This document shows, piece after piece, positions 12,541 through 29,060 of a stretch of 64,000 nucleotides of DNA. Made by a program: the position numbers and the translations under genes. The notes below the pieces were generated by a model. That model was not told the DNA's origin. It did not search any database and worked only from the letters and a program-made list of their open reading frames with translations. Location of the stretch: positions 13,516,001 to 13,580,000 of the forward strand of contig CM060733.1 of NCBI GenBank assembly GCA_030704615.1, given 5' to 3'. This DNA comes from Takakia lepidozioides. Taxonomy: Eukaryota > Plantae > Bryophyta. Positions within the stretch are counted from its first letter, which is position 1, and each line of letters begins with the position of its first letter.

Positions 12541-15500
12541 CTTCGTATTCCCTTCTTCCTTGAAGCTCTTAAAAACGCCGGATTGCATGCCTGCCAATAT
12601 GACCCAGGGGGTAATCACGCTACTCCTTAAGAAAGGAGACAGGTCCAACGTAGGAAATTATAGACCCATTACCCTTCTAAATTTAGCCTACAAACTAATT
12701 GCCAAAACATTGGCCATGCGAACATCACCGCATCCATAGTGACCCCCAAGAGGGCTAGCCTTTCGAGCCACGCGAAGCACAACCAGACAGATCCAATATA
12801 TCATATCCGCACTTGAAGACGCTAAACTTACAAAACCAGACATATACCTTCTATGCATTGACCTCAAAAATGCATTCGGATTCCTAGACCATCCTCGCTT
12901 ACTCACCATCATGTTAGATCTGGGGTACCTTACTGATGCTGTTCAACTTATTGGCAATATATATATGAATAGATCTATCGAATATTTTGCCAAACTATGG
13001 TTCTACCCCTCCTATTCCCATCTTACAAGGTACTATCCAAGGTGACACCTTAAGTCCATACCTATTCGTCATATTTTTAGAGCCCTTGCTCCCTAACATG
13101 ATCAGAACAGGGCAAGCAGGATTCATTAAAGGGAGATATATCCTTGATAACGTCCTTCTTGCACAAGAAGCGGACTTCTATGCCGCAAACTCAAATCAAG
13201 CCCTAGCTCTCTGGCTTCTGGACTTCGAAAAGGCCTTTGACAGAGTGGACTCTGGGCCTTCCTACTGGCAGTGCTACGAAAAGCAGGTCTACCTGAGGGG
13301 TTTTGTCAATGGGTTTCCATCCTTCTAAATCAACCATAGGCATAGTGCCTACATGGGGTGGGGGGCATCTAGGTCTAGTTTGGTTGAAAGACGGTGAAAC
13401 CACCACTCTACTGGGCCACATCTTCGACACCAACCTCACTGAAGACCAACGTTTTGGCCCAATAGTCTTGAGACTCAAGAGGCAGCTCATATACTGGGGC
13501 TCTCGCTGGCTCTCGCTGGCTCTCAATCACCGGTGGCTCTAGTAGCCAACCAGATCCTAGAAGCAGGAATTTGGTTCTTTGCAGCCGCTTGGGGGCCCAA
13601 TTCAAAGACCATACTTGAAGTGAAAAGAATTATCCGGAACGTCATTTGGGGAGCGAATTCCTCCGAGCAAAATATGAGGCCCCAAGTGTCATGGCATCAG
13701 ATCTGTCTCCCCAAAAAACAAGGGGGCCTAGGGGTCACCGCGTTGGATAATGCAGGGCTTTAACCATAAAGTCATGGGTTCACCTCTCTGGACTTCAACC
13801 TAGAGAGTTTGGAACTGTTTTAGGCCCTTCCTTAGAAAACATGAGCCAACTTCTTTTCACGAGGTACTGAGACAGCACCTTTTCCTGAACTCAGGCAACC
13901 CCTCCCGGGAAGAAAAAGAACAGGCCAAAAGATGGGCTGGTTGGGACTCAAGAGGATTCTCCACTGTCAAAAATCTCTGGGTAAGTAACCATCAGTCTTT
14001 CCTGCAAGCCCTAGGACCTCATCGTCTTTATTCTAGCATCTCCGAGGTCATTCAATCCATCCCAAACTCCTAGAAGCTCATTCTTAGAGATGGTCCGGCT
14101 CCTCTGGCTCCCCACATATGGGTTCTCTCCAACACAACAATCGGCCTCCATGTCCTCTATCTTTGCAGATAATATCCCACCTTGTTGCCTCAGTCCAACC
14201 AGCCCAAATAAGCCTATGGTCAGACCCTTCTAGACCATTCAATCCATTGGCTCCGGTGGGTTCTCCCATCATCCCCTGGCTGAGGCTAAGCTCATTCGCT
14301 CTTATAGGTGGGACAGACATCTCCTCCCTTCAGCTTGACCCGGCGGAATGGAAATGGTTCTTTAAAGATGAACTACACCCCATCTTTGCATTTACAGCCA
14401 AGAGAGCTTATAGAGCCTTGCTGGAGGTAGCACCTCTATATGCCAACCGTGCTTTCCTATGGCAGATTGCCAACCGTGTGTCCTTAAAGTTGGTCAATAC
14501 CTTAACTTTGCAGAGGCTCTTCTATGCCAATGCTGCTCAATAGGATGGCATCGAATCCTTGGAGCATTGCCTCATCTACTGCAAGGCTCCCTCTAAAATC
14601 TGGCCACTAGTAAGGTCGACCTTCTACAGGACTTGGGACCTCATGCCGGTCTCCTCGGTTCAGATCTTGCTCAACTATGACCAATCCCAAAAATCGCAAG
14701 CTTCTACTTGCCCGGTCTTTGAAGCCCTTAGAAGCTCCTCTTTGTGGCATCTATGGAAATGTCGTTGTGCATGGGCCCTCAACTGTGAAAACTCATCTCC
14801 TGCTGCCCTTCTCACCTTAGTCTTCTTTGACCTCACCATTGCGGCTAAGAAAGCATGGGTTGCATTGTGTACAGAGGCTGTCAGGAAGCCGCAACGTCAG
14901 CCAACACTCATCCAAGCCTTCCGAGCAACATGAGAGAAGCATGGGATCATTTATAGCTGTGCTTATGATCTTACCTGTGTATGGGCAGATTCAATTCTTC
15001 CTGGCAGGAGCTCCGATCCAACCTCTTCAGCATCCCCTGAGTTCGACAGGTCCGATGTGAATTGGAAGCACATCAAGCCCTCTGCATCTGCCAGGCTCAG
15101 TTTCTTCAGATAGTTTGCTGCTGCTTGGTGCTATTCTGGGACTTAACGTGCCCACCGCTTAAACTCTATCTAGGTCATCTTCTCGCTTCCTGCTTCGCCA
15201 GTCTCTTGGCAACCATTCTCCTATTCTTCAGGTCCACATTGCATGAGTCTCTGCGTTACGGTTACTCGACCAGGTTAATTTTCCGTTGCAGGACAGAGGT
15301 TTGGTAGGAATGCTCTTGCTGTTTGTAAGAGGTTATTTTCCAAGGATATGTTCATTTTGTTTACTGATCAAGGGATCAAGGGTTATCCAGCACGGCCCAC
15401 CGTGAGTCAAGCCTTATGGCAACCTTTGGGCATTCAAAGGGTTTAGTTTTTTCCCTTTAAATAATCCTTTCAATAAAATTATCAGGGCCACCGTCCCCTG

Positions 15501-15888
15501 TTCTAATTTAAAAAAAAAACAAAAAAAAACTCTGCTTATTCTTGTTGTAAAGGCCCGCAAGACTTGTCCGTGGCTAGTGGTGGCTCTTGCTGGCATGGCA
15601 TCTATGTAAGGAACGAAGTGGTGGTGGACAACAGCCACATTTTAGTGTTTTGTTCGGTCCTTAGTCTGGAGACTGGAACCGACCATATTTACGTTAACTT
15701 CGGTTGACGTCTTTTATATATGGGCAAATACCACCTTGGAAGCGGTTGAGAGTTCAATCCACCTATTGGTGTCCCAAAGGTGTCACTAGCCCTTGGGGTC
15801 AAGCGCTCAATGCTCATATATCTATATATATATATATATATATATACAGAATCTGTTTGGAATCTGATTTAGCTGTAAGTTCCAAAAC
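12541..15888 (+). repeat. Tandem segmental duplicate (copy B) of 7292-12540: LINE 3' part plus unique flank
   Basis: Starts with CTTCGTATTCCCTTCTTCC (= 7292) and jumps to the equivalent of ~8025. It then matches through the poly-A, the unique flank, the (TA)n tract and GTAAGTTCCAAAAC. It lacks the MITE and has further internal deletions. Confidence 0.92.
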
Positions 15889-16102
15889 AGTGACTGCGGA
15901 AGGCATCTTCATGAGCGCCGAGCAGCTGACACACACCCCCGAGTCAGTCCCCCGTTGCAATTTCGGAGAGGATTTTGGATCCCAATCCCGGACCTTGATC
16001 CATACACATTTGCGAATTCTTCTGCACACTGCCTGATCGGGCATCGCACAGAAGGAGGTGTGAGTGAAGCGATCCACTTGGTCACGAGTTTGAGCTGCTA
16101 TC

Positions 16103-19872
<3,770 letters not shown>

Positions 19873-20389
19873 GAAGCCAATGAGCGTACCTGCTTGGACA
19901 ACCACATTGATGAGTCAACAATTTTGGCTCCCTTGTTGAGGAGGTCATCTCCCTTTTCTGGCTTGAGAAAGCAGCACCTGTTTATGTGAGAATAAGTCGA
20001 AGCTCAAGTACTTCTGGCTATGGAACATATAATGTATTCTGGTCCCATGTCATTGCACAATTTGGGGTGGTGGGCTTCAGAGGAGGCACCAGTAGAGAGA
20101 TTGAAGCTGTATGTGAGTGCACGATATTGCGTTCCCAGCAAAAGTCAGGCATGTTGCCTTAAAAATTGTACAGAAGGAAATATACAACAATTCCATGTGG
20201 GTGAGTCCACAGCATTGCAGTGATCTCACTGGTGTAAATGGAGAGAGTGAAGCACTTTCTGTGACAGGAGTATGCCTGGATGTTTGGCGATGTTATCAGG
20301 AGGGTCAGAATATAGATATGGAAGAGAGCCCAGACCACAGGAAGGGTAAAAGCACAGTGCAAATAATGAACTGTCTATGTTTTCATTCA

Positions 20390-20560
20390 CTCTCTGCATG
20401 CAGCCACGTTGGCCTACTGTACGAAGGAAGACGCTACTTTGATTCCCTACATCAAGATCATGGTGTCACTCTGACAGTAAAGCACTTTGGCTGCATGGTT
20501 GACCTTCTTGGACGTGCGGGGCGATTGGATGAGGCAGAGGACCTCATTAATAAAGTCATT
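20390..20560 (+). pseudogene. Isolated PLS-class PPR gene fragment
   Basis: [20 protein letters not shown]...[23 protein letters not shown] is the canonical C-terminal PLS repeat sequence. No flanking repeats. Confidence 0.85.
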
Positions 20561-21326
20561 AAGAAGACTACTTAATTTGCATGCTAGATGCATTTTGTAG
20601 TGCCATACAGGCCCATCAGTGTTCAAACCATGAAGCATACAAGAGACACCATCCCCAGACCGGCTGGCCGCAGATAGCAGGATTTGACACAAAGTGCACA
20701 TCCAACTGCACCACCAGCTGCTGGTATGATTTCTCCTTGTCAGATAACAAAGGAAATGGACACCCACTATTCCTTCACTACCTTCAAGACTTCAAGCGAC
20801 TTCATCCATGTGCTGTATAGACAACAAATTGCTTGCCATTCGCAATTTGCCATTTTATGTCTTGAGATAGCAGCAGCTATTTGATGCATTGAGGGAGAAG
20901 TTTGTAATGGCCATGGCCAGAACAAATAATGGCTCTGTGACAGCAGCTTGGGTGCAGTCTAGGTGCTGAAGAGTCTTGCTCAGCTAAACATAATTCAAAT
21001 GCTGCATAGTTTACTACTGCAAGACTGTCCCAAGACACTGACCATTGAAACTTTGGATGGAAAAAATTCCTTACAAGTTGAAGGCCTCCTCGAGTTGTCC
21101 CTGCTTGTTTAATCCAGTATGCTCTCTCTCCTGTGGAGTTCTACTGTTCAACTAAGCAGAGACACCCTGTGGCTATAATCAATCTACCGTTCAAACCTCA
21201 CTTATGGCCTCCACTCTGTTTGCAATGGCAAACTGTTGTAAGCATTTCTGTTCTGATGAGGGTAGATGTGTATGATGAGTATGAGTATCAGGTTCATGGC
21301 ATCAGTGACAATTGCTGATAGCCCAG

Positions 21327-23477
21327 TTAAGTGCAGTCGGTAATGAATGGTTTTACAATTTGAATGAAGTCCAGGGTCTTGATCCCAAGTTTCAGATCCA
21401 CTTCCCCACCACCGAGCCAAAAATATTCTGGTTTAAGCTTTACAATAGCTTCCGACAGAATAACCTGCATGCCATCCCCGAGTCCACATGAGACTGTTAT
21501 ATTCTTCAACATTAAAATGGGGTTCCGGGTTCTGTCCCGTTTTTTTAAAAAAATGAATAAAAAAAAATGGGGGTCAGGTATGTCACTGACTCAGGCAGCT
21601 AGAGTGCTCTCTACGACCCTAATTATTGAATCATTAATGAAAGACTTACAGGGATGTCAACAAGCATGCCAATGGGTGTCACGGCATTGTGCTCAAATCC
21701 AGTTAGCATGTTGGAGTCCTCCTCTGGCGCAAGCCTCACTGCAAAACACACAAAATGACGACAATCTAGTTGAATTGTCATGTATGGAAAGATTGTCAAA
21801 TTAGAGAGACTTGACAAATGTCCGCATGGACGATATAAGTAAGAACTTAACTCAGAGTGGATCAACCAGAACACCATCCTCCTGGGTTTGTGAGCAACCA
21901 GCGCAGAATCATACAACAACTCTTATCTGCAAAGGTGGGGGACCAAGCAACAAGGACAAGGCACTGCCATTCTTGTTGATCAGAATACAGACTTACTATT
22001 GAATCTTTTCTTGGGAATCTTTCCTTCATTCAAGGAGTACACAAACTGTTTCACTTTCTCTGCGTTCAACCGAGCAGTATACTGCACCAAACAAAAACCG
22101 CATTTGAGATACCAAGCAGGTCTTGGAATTTTTCTACTGAAAAGAATGCTTCCAGTCAAATTGTCTAGACAGATGATAAAACTCCAATCAGGAGACTACC
22201 TGTACAACAATGACATAGTACTTTGAATTGTTGCGGTCGCTGCAATCCTTCACACTCTCATGCGATTGAGTGTTCACCTGTATGAAATAGATTACTTAGG
22301 TTTTGAAGATTGACATCCGAAAAATAGACATGATAGCATGTTGAATTGAGTCTTTCTTGTACCCATAGCATCTTTACTTACTACCCCTGAAGATGATATG
22401 GGAGGCTGTCAACCTTTTTGTGCCAGCATCTGCTGATTTTTCAAGATACTAGGGCCAAAAACCCTAACCCCTAACCCCTAAATCCTGCCCAGATGAGATC
22501 AGACTTCCTCTGTTCACCACCACATTCAGCCATGGCCACCCTTTTCGACCAGGGTTTGGTAATGGCCCAAGCCCGGGATCCCCTTCCCCTTGATAACACA
22601 AAATATGTGGGAGCAGAAGACCTGCTAAACGACGAATTCCAGAATTCGTGGATAAAGATGGTTCTACCCTCACCATAGTGTATCTAATGGCTCTACTTCT
22701 CACAACAGTGCCTCATCTTCAGTGAGGAAAAACGGACCTGCAAAACTACAATCTTCACGATTTGAAACAGTGTAAGCAAAATGCAATGGAAACGCGTTGT
22801 CTACCATTACAATGCTCTTGCAAAGATGATCGATGGATGCTGCTCCAAGTAAATCCCGTCGCTCTTCAAATGATCTCTCGTAGTAGTTACCTGGCACTGT
22901 CTTGAAAGTGAATGCCGTGGCTCCCGCATCCGCCAATATCTTTTGCAGGCGTTGCTCAGCATTCTGAGCACATTATAATCCATATATTCTCGAAACGTTT
23001 TAAAATCTCAAGCACACTATCAATTTCACAGTCCCATATACGAACGTGTGTGTTTGTGTATGTTGTCACGGTTCTCACTTCTCACATCCTCAAGAGAGAT
23101 GGCGGGACTAATTTATGGGAAATCATCTTGTTTTCTGGCCTTTTTGATCTTTAAGTAGCATCCCATTAGCAACCACGAACCCCCCGCTTTGACATCAATG
23201 CCAACCTTCTCATTGGATATGCGAATATTATCTCTATTACAATGGACATGATCTTTCTGCATACCTGGTTGTCGTGGTTTTCAGGAGATGAAGGCAAGCC
23301 ACTTTCACACCGCCGAATCAAAGTCCCCCCCCAAGAAACAGAAGCGTTGTCTTGTGGGGGATATAATTGGGGACTGTGCGGGAGAAGAAGTCGAGATAGA
23401 CGGTTAATCGAGTCAAGAATGCGGCATTGACGTTCCTGGAGTGCAAAAGCAGCAGCAGGCAGTGACCAAGCTTCCAT
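21327..23477 (-). CDS. YbaK/aminoacyl-tRNA deacylase-associated domain protein, ~253 aa; exons 23477-23265, 22963-22805, 22277-22200, 22081-21997, 21738-21650, 21464-21327
   Basis: HLCKSIVMVNT, SKYYVIVVQYTARLNAE, RLAPEE...TGFEHNAVTPIGM, FWLGGGEVDLKLG. Splice phases are consistent. Confidence 0.9.
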
Positions 23478-24307
23478 CGATATTGGGTGCCCTAGTCCGC
23501 AAAACCAGAAGCAAACGAAACCCACAACAGCCTTCGATGGAGAGAATCCCTCCACAGATCACAGAGCAAGAAAGCCACTCCGCTGGCAAACTGCGCGATG
23601 CCTAGGTCGCGACAGCCCTTTTCTGCCGTTGCAGTGAACATGCTTTCAATAGGGCGACTCCATTTCTCATGGGATGATACAATATTTTCATTGATACAGT
23701 CCGTTTCTTCTTTTAGAATAATTTTACACAAGAACATCAGATATGATGGCAGTGAAGCTCTACATATATGATCTTAGAGTAGTGATCAAATTACTGCATT
23801 CAAAGGCATACCATTACCAAAGCTAGAAAACAGTCTTACAGCTGCATTTCTCTCTCCAACTCATACTTCAAATGTAGGCAGTCATGTTCTGGAAATAAGA
23901 TTGCAGCAAGAAAATTTGGATACTCATCCCTTTCCCTTTATAGCCATTCAGTCACACAACACCAACCCTCTCCCCCTCTCTCCTACAATGGGCAGAGGTC
24001 TGTGACGGTACAACACATGTTGGGAGGGTATAGGGCAAGCTACCAGTGTCTTTCAAAGGGAGTCAATAGCTTTATTCAATCCAAAGCCAACATCATTGGG
24101 CTTATGGTATATATATATGGAACCCCAAAAAGGGTCCCCTCAACACACACACATAGACCAGATGCTATCACCAAGTTACTCAACTTGAGCACCAAGTCAC
24201 ACAACACAACTCTAACTCTCCTCCATGTTGAATTTCTGGTACCCCTCTTATGCTTACACACTAACATCCGCAATGTAGCTCGTCCATCACAAAGTACAAT
24301 TGTTTTG

Positions 24308-26372
24308 TCAGCCATAACGTCGGATAGGGTCAGTACACCCTTTCTCAGGAGACTGTACCAGTCCTGCACGACCACCCTTCACCAAAAACTGCTGATGATA
24401 CTCCTCTGCTTCATAGAAGGTTCTGGCAGGGAGGAGCTCTGTAACTAGCTTGAGCTTGCCATACTTGGTTTCCTCGTATTGCAGCGAGACTTTGGCTGCT
24501 GCTTCTTGTTCATCGGTGTGGAAGTAAACCCCTGTGCGATACTGGGTCCCTGAGTCCATTCCCTGCTAATTCACAAGCCCAGTTCACACTTGAGCATATT
24601 AGTGGGCTGACCGAATCTTCACTACATGTATCAGTAAGCACAAGCCAAGGTGATTGGACCCCAAGTTCTTCAAGAGCTTGTCCCATTGCTTGAGAGGTAA
24701 GCAATCTATAAAGCAACCAGTACAAATATGGAGAAAGAACTATCGTCTTGTTCATGCTGAGCTGTGTCACACTGCTGGGATGGGTTATATCCTGCCAGCT
24801 CAACGATTAACAGACACTTTTCAGACCAATTGAGAGGAAAAAAATAGAAGTACCTGGCGGTTGAGGGTGGTAGGGTCAATCCAATCCCAAAAGGATGCCA
24901 AAAGCTTTTCATATGATACAATGGATGGGTTGAATTCTACTTGCACTGCTTCAGCATGAAGGGTTTTACCACTGCATACACTGTGGTAGGAAGGCTCATG
25001 CGCTGTACCTTGTGTGTATCCTACCCGTGTCTGCATCACAAAACAACCCCCATACCGCCAAATTCCAAGCACATTCATAAATTTCCAGCCTTCTGCAATT
25101 CTTGTGCCAACTGGCTGCATCGTATGCAAGGAGTCTGGCATCATGACCCAACACAGTGAAAGGCCCAGTGAGACCCACAACTCCTTGGCCTGAGCATTAC
25201 CCAGAGACACCATGACCATCCACCTCTTGTTAAACCTTATTTATAATGCCTTTTCACAAGACCACACCAAAAGCTTCGAGCCAGTGAACCGTCTCTGGAT
25301 ACTCCTGAGAGAAACTTAAACCACATAGAATGAAGGGTAAGTCACACTTAGAACATACCTTAAGGACCCCAGGGATGCGTTGGAAGAGAAGCTCTAGGCC
25401 CCAAAAGCAGCCTCCGGCAAATGTTGCAATTTCCATACCCAAACTGGGTGATGTGGTATCCAATTCCAATGCTTGATTGTCAGCCACAGTTAAACCTGCG
25501 TGACGTAGTGAGATTGGTTAGTAGAGTTTATCAGCTGTAACCTGGTGAGCATAGGTCTGGACAGCCACAAAGGTGGGTGAAGGGGTTGGAGGAGAGCAGA
25601 ATAGAGACCACTGTGTCCAGTCATGAGACCTACCCGACTTTTAGGTTTGTTCAGCATCGTCTTGAGATTTTCTGAAGGATTGAAAAGATTTGAAGTGACA
25701 GTCTGTTGGAAAACTAGGTCAAATACAAAACAGAATGGAACCATTGTTTTAATATGTCACTGGAAGCCCCTGATGCGTCACAAACACAGGCGAGATAAAG
25801 AGAGATGATGAGCCAAGCAGAGCTGTGCATATGGCTGAGCCAACCTCAAAGAAAACTGGGTACCAAAATGATACAATTGTACCTCTGTAAGAAGACCTAG
25901 AATACAAAAGAAGGACGTCCATAGCACAGGGTGAAGTGATACATTCCCAATCATTCTTTTGGACTTTTGGCAACTACATGAATTAAAAGTCACCCGAGTG
26001 TGGAAGTGACTTGACCAGCCATAAGCGACCAGAATATTTTCTGGTGAGTTGGTCAAATCTAAATCAAGCTTCACCTCCTACTTAATTTGCTGGTGTACTC
26101 ATGAACGGTGAGAAATACAATTGAGGCAAGTATGATCCCAATCTGACATAGGCTTTGAGGGTATGTTGTAATATTCTGTGAGTACTACCTGCTTCAGTGG
26201 GCCTCCAATAAGTTGTCTGTTGGCGAGTTTCAACTTGGGCAGCCACCATCGTAGCACTGCACCTCCTGCGCACCAGCTCCAAGCTACTTCCATGAAAAGT
26301 TTGTTGACCCTCTAGGTTGAGGTTTGTAGCCACTTGAAGGTTCAATTTCTTAAAAGAACCACAGGCTTTCAT
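24308..26372 (-). CDS. MSRA: Peptide methionine sulfoxide reductase A with N-terminal extension; exons ...-26189, 25495-25359, 25030-24854, 24562-24308; true start may lie further upstream (~27225)
   Basis: ATFAGGCFWGLEL, TRVGYTQG, HAEAVQV, DPTTLNRQG.D.GTQYRTGVY, FYEAEEYHQQFL.KGG. In-frame GT-AG junctions. Confidence 0.92.
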
Positions 26373-28927
26373 TGGGAGCCCTATCTGCGAAAGAGGAAGC
26401 CTGGCACTCCTGTCGAAAGGCTGCAAGAACACAAAGTCCAACAAACAATTTCAAGATTCATGGGCGTGGGCGTTAGGAAGCCGGAGAGTTAGTGGAGAGC
26501 TCTGTGCTTTAGGGAAGAGGACCCATCCATAGACAATTAGTGGGCACTGGAAAAATGCCAGAAACTGCAATACTGTGAGGAGCCTAGAAACCACAAACAG
26601 CATCTCATGACTGCACAATTATTTCCCAGCAAAATGACTCCACGATTGTACTACTCTTAATCTCCTCCTCAAACTGGTAGACGAACTGGGCAATGCTAAC
26701 AGCAATCTCAAAAAGAATAATCCTTAAGAAAAGCAACTGCTTTTTACTGAGGAACTCCCAAAAGTTACAAGTTTGTCACAGCCAAACAGAATTGAAGAGT
26801 AGGTTGACAGTAGAGTTCTCAGTATCCGAATTCTGTTCAATAAAACAAAAACAAAAAAAAACACTCCAGGTACTTGAACTTCGACGCGCAACTAGCAAAT
26901 GGAATACATGCAATGTAATAGCTACTTGACTAGTTGGCCTAAATGCGACACAAGAAGTATGATTTTGCCTTCATCTCCGAATGAAAGAAATGGACAATAT
27001 GGCGATGAATCGGTTGGCTAAAACAAAAAAATTCTGTGTGAGGCATGAGGAGAGATTCCAGGGACTCAACCTTAACTAAGCATCATCCAAAATAAGGGGA
27101 AACAAGGACACAGAGCCAGCCACTAAGGTAGAGGAAGGGATGGATGCACCACATACACTAAGTGCTGCATCCCGCATTAAGACCTCTCGTACTGTGCTCG
27201 GCCCCATCCAGACCGATGTCGCCATCTCCTCTCTACTGCTGAGCTGAGAATAGAAGAAGCAGTAGAGTTTCCGCTACTAGACAGATACGGCACCAAGAAT
27301 CCCTTCACTAGCCTCAAAATCTTGTCTGCAACCTGAGTAGCCTATCGCCAGTAAACAACTTCCAGCAAACTATGTGAGCAATTTTTATTGGCATGAAACT
27401 AAAGTCACCTCTACAACAAAAGCAATGCCTCACCCAGCGGAAGCCGTCGTCATTACGAATTCTCAGCTCAGAGAAAAGAGGAAGGAAAGGAAATGGGACA
27501 AAAACTCAGACACGCAGAGCAAGTCTGGGCAGAAGAGATGTTGAAAATCTGCTGCAGTCTACACACATAATCTCACAGAAGAAGAAGCAGAAGAAAAAGA
27601 AAGAAGAAGAAAGAAGAAGAGGAGAGGGTGAGAGAGCAAGACCGAGCTCCACAAGGAGAGGCAAAATACGTGGACAGAAGTTTGGTGGCTCTCTTATGCA
27701 AGCTTGCCTGTGTCCTCCATTCCTTCTTTGCTTGTTTTATGTAACAAAGAAACTATTCAGGAAGTTTCCCATTTCAGTTTTGTTTATAGATGGAAAACCA
27801 ACTCTCTTATCCAGGATTCTTTTTTTTTCCCTCTTATCCAGGAATAAATAGTTTTTTTCACTTTGGTAAAAAGCGCCCCTTTATTGGGAAAAGAAAAAAA
27901 AAGGGGACAGAGGAATAAAAAGTTGAATAATATGGCTGTGACTGATTGAAATGTATTAAACTTCTATAAGAGGCCAAGCCGGGCGAAATTTCTAATGTGA
28001 GGCTTGACTCCACAATGCTCCGGACACACAGTCAGATTCTGTACCCATCACATGAGGAAGCAAATGTGGGCGCGGGGAGCAACATATGTAGTTTTTGACC
28101 AACAGTGTCTCTTGTGGTCTCGCTAAATATGCATAACTAATGACAATACCTTACAGCAGTGATCTTAGGAATCTTATTATCGGAAAAATGCCATGAGTGC
28201 GACAAAAAAATCAACTTTGCTAGTATTTCTCTTAAAAATAAAAAGCTTTACATACCAATCTCCTTACGGACTGGAAGTTTCGCAAGAGGTTTGCTAGTAA
28301 TAATCCACAATCTATCCAATTGACGATATGTTGTAGTTTTATCATAGCTTTGGAATATATTCTAACTTCTAACTGGGATCCTGGTCAAACACACTGATAG
28401 TAAGAAAAAGCCCTCTCAAATATAACTCTCCAAAATTATAATGCATTCGATATTTATAGCTGCCTTTATCAGATGAACATCATATGAAAAACCATATTCA
28501 GCCAAAAGAATCAGTGATTCTGCCTAATTATATGCATATAATCCCACCAACTTTGTTTTTCTCTGAGACATTAATCGAGTATCTAATTAAGATGCTACGG
28601 CATATCTGTAATTCTTTGGAGCCTTGAGAATACTGTAGAACCTTTGAAATCTCCTCACGTCCATACAAACAACGATTAATGTCACTAACAATGGGTAGAA
28701 CAGTAGCATCCATTTGAGCGGGTTTTGAAATGAAATGACCATCAAAGATTGCGACTAAGTGCAATCTTATCTAATCCCGCTACCTAGTCCTTACCTGTGG
28801 CCGGCCCATGAGCCTTGTTCACGTTGAGGTTACTTGAAAAGAGGTCATATTTCTCTCACTGCGAGGGGCCTGATTTGTGAAGATGCTCCGGATGTTTCCT
28901 TTTCAAAAAAAAAATCAGAAACTATTT

Positions 28928-29060
28928 GAAAAAGTGAAATAAGTCTTTGAACTTACATAGTTGGGTCCTTGGGTCCTGTAAAGCCTGATGGGTTATTGTT
29001 GAAAAAGTGAAATAAGTCGTTGAACTTAGTTGGGTCCTCTAAAGCCTTATGGGTTATTGT
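28928..29060. repeat. Two-copy ~72-bp direct repeat
   Basis: GAAAAAGTGAAATAAGTC.TTGAACTTA...GTTGGGTCCT...AAAGCCT.ATGGGTTATTGTT occurs twice. Confidence 0.8.

Noticed and set aside
22461-22482. Telomere-like CCCCTAA repeats in a YbaK intron
   Set aside because: Only three short units; not distinguishable from chance or repair filler.
27393-27851. 152-aa basic ORF
   Set aside because: Arises from GAA/GA low-complexity tracts, probably antisense to the MsrA 5' region.
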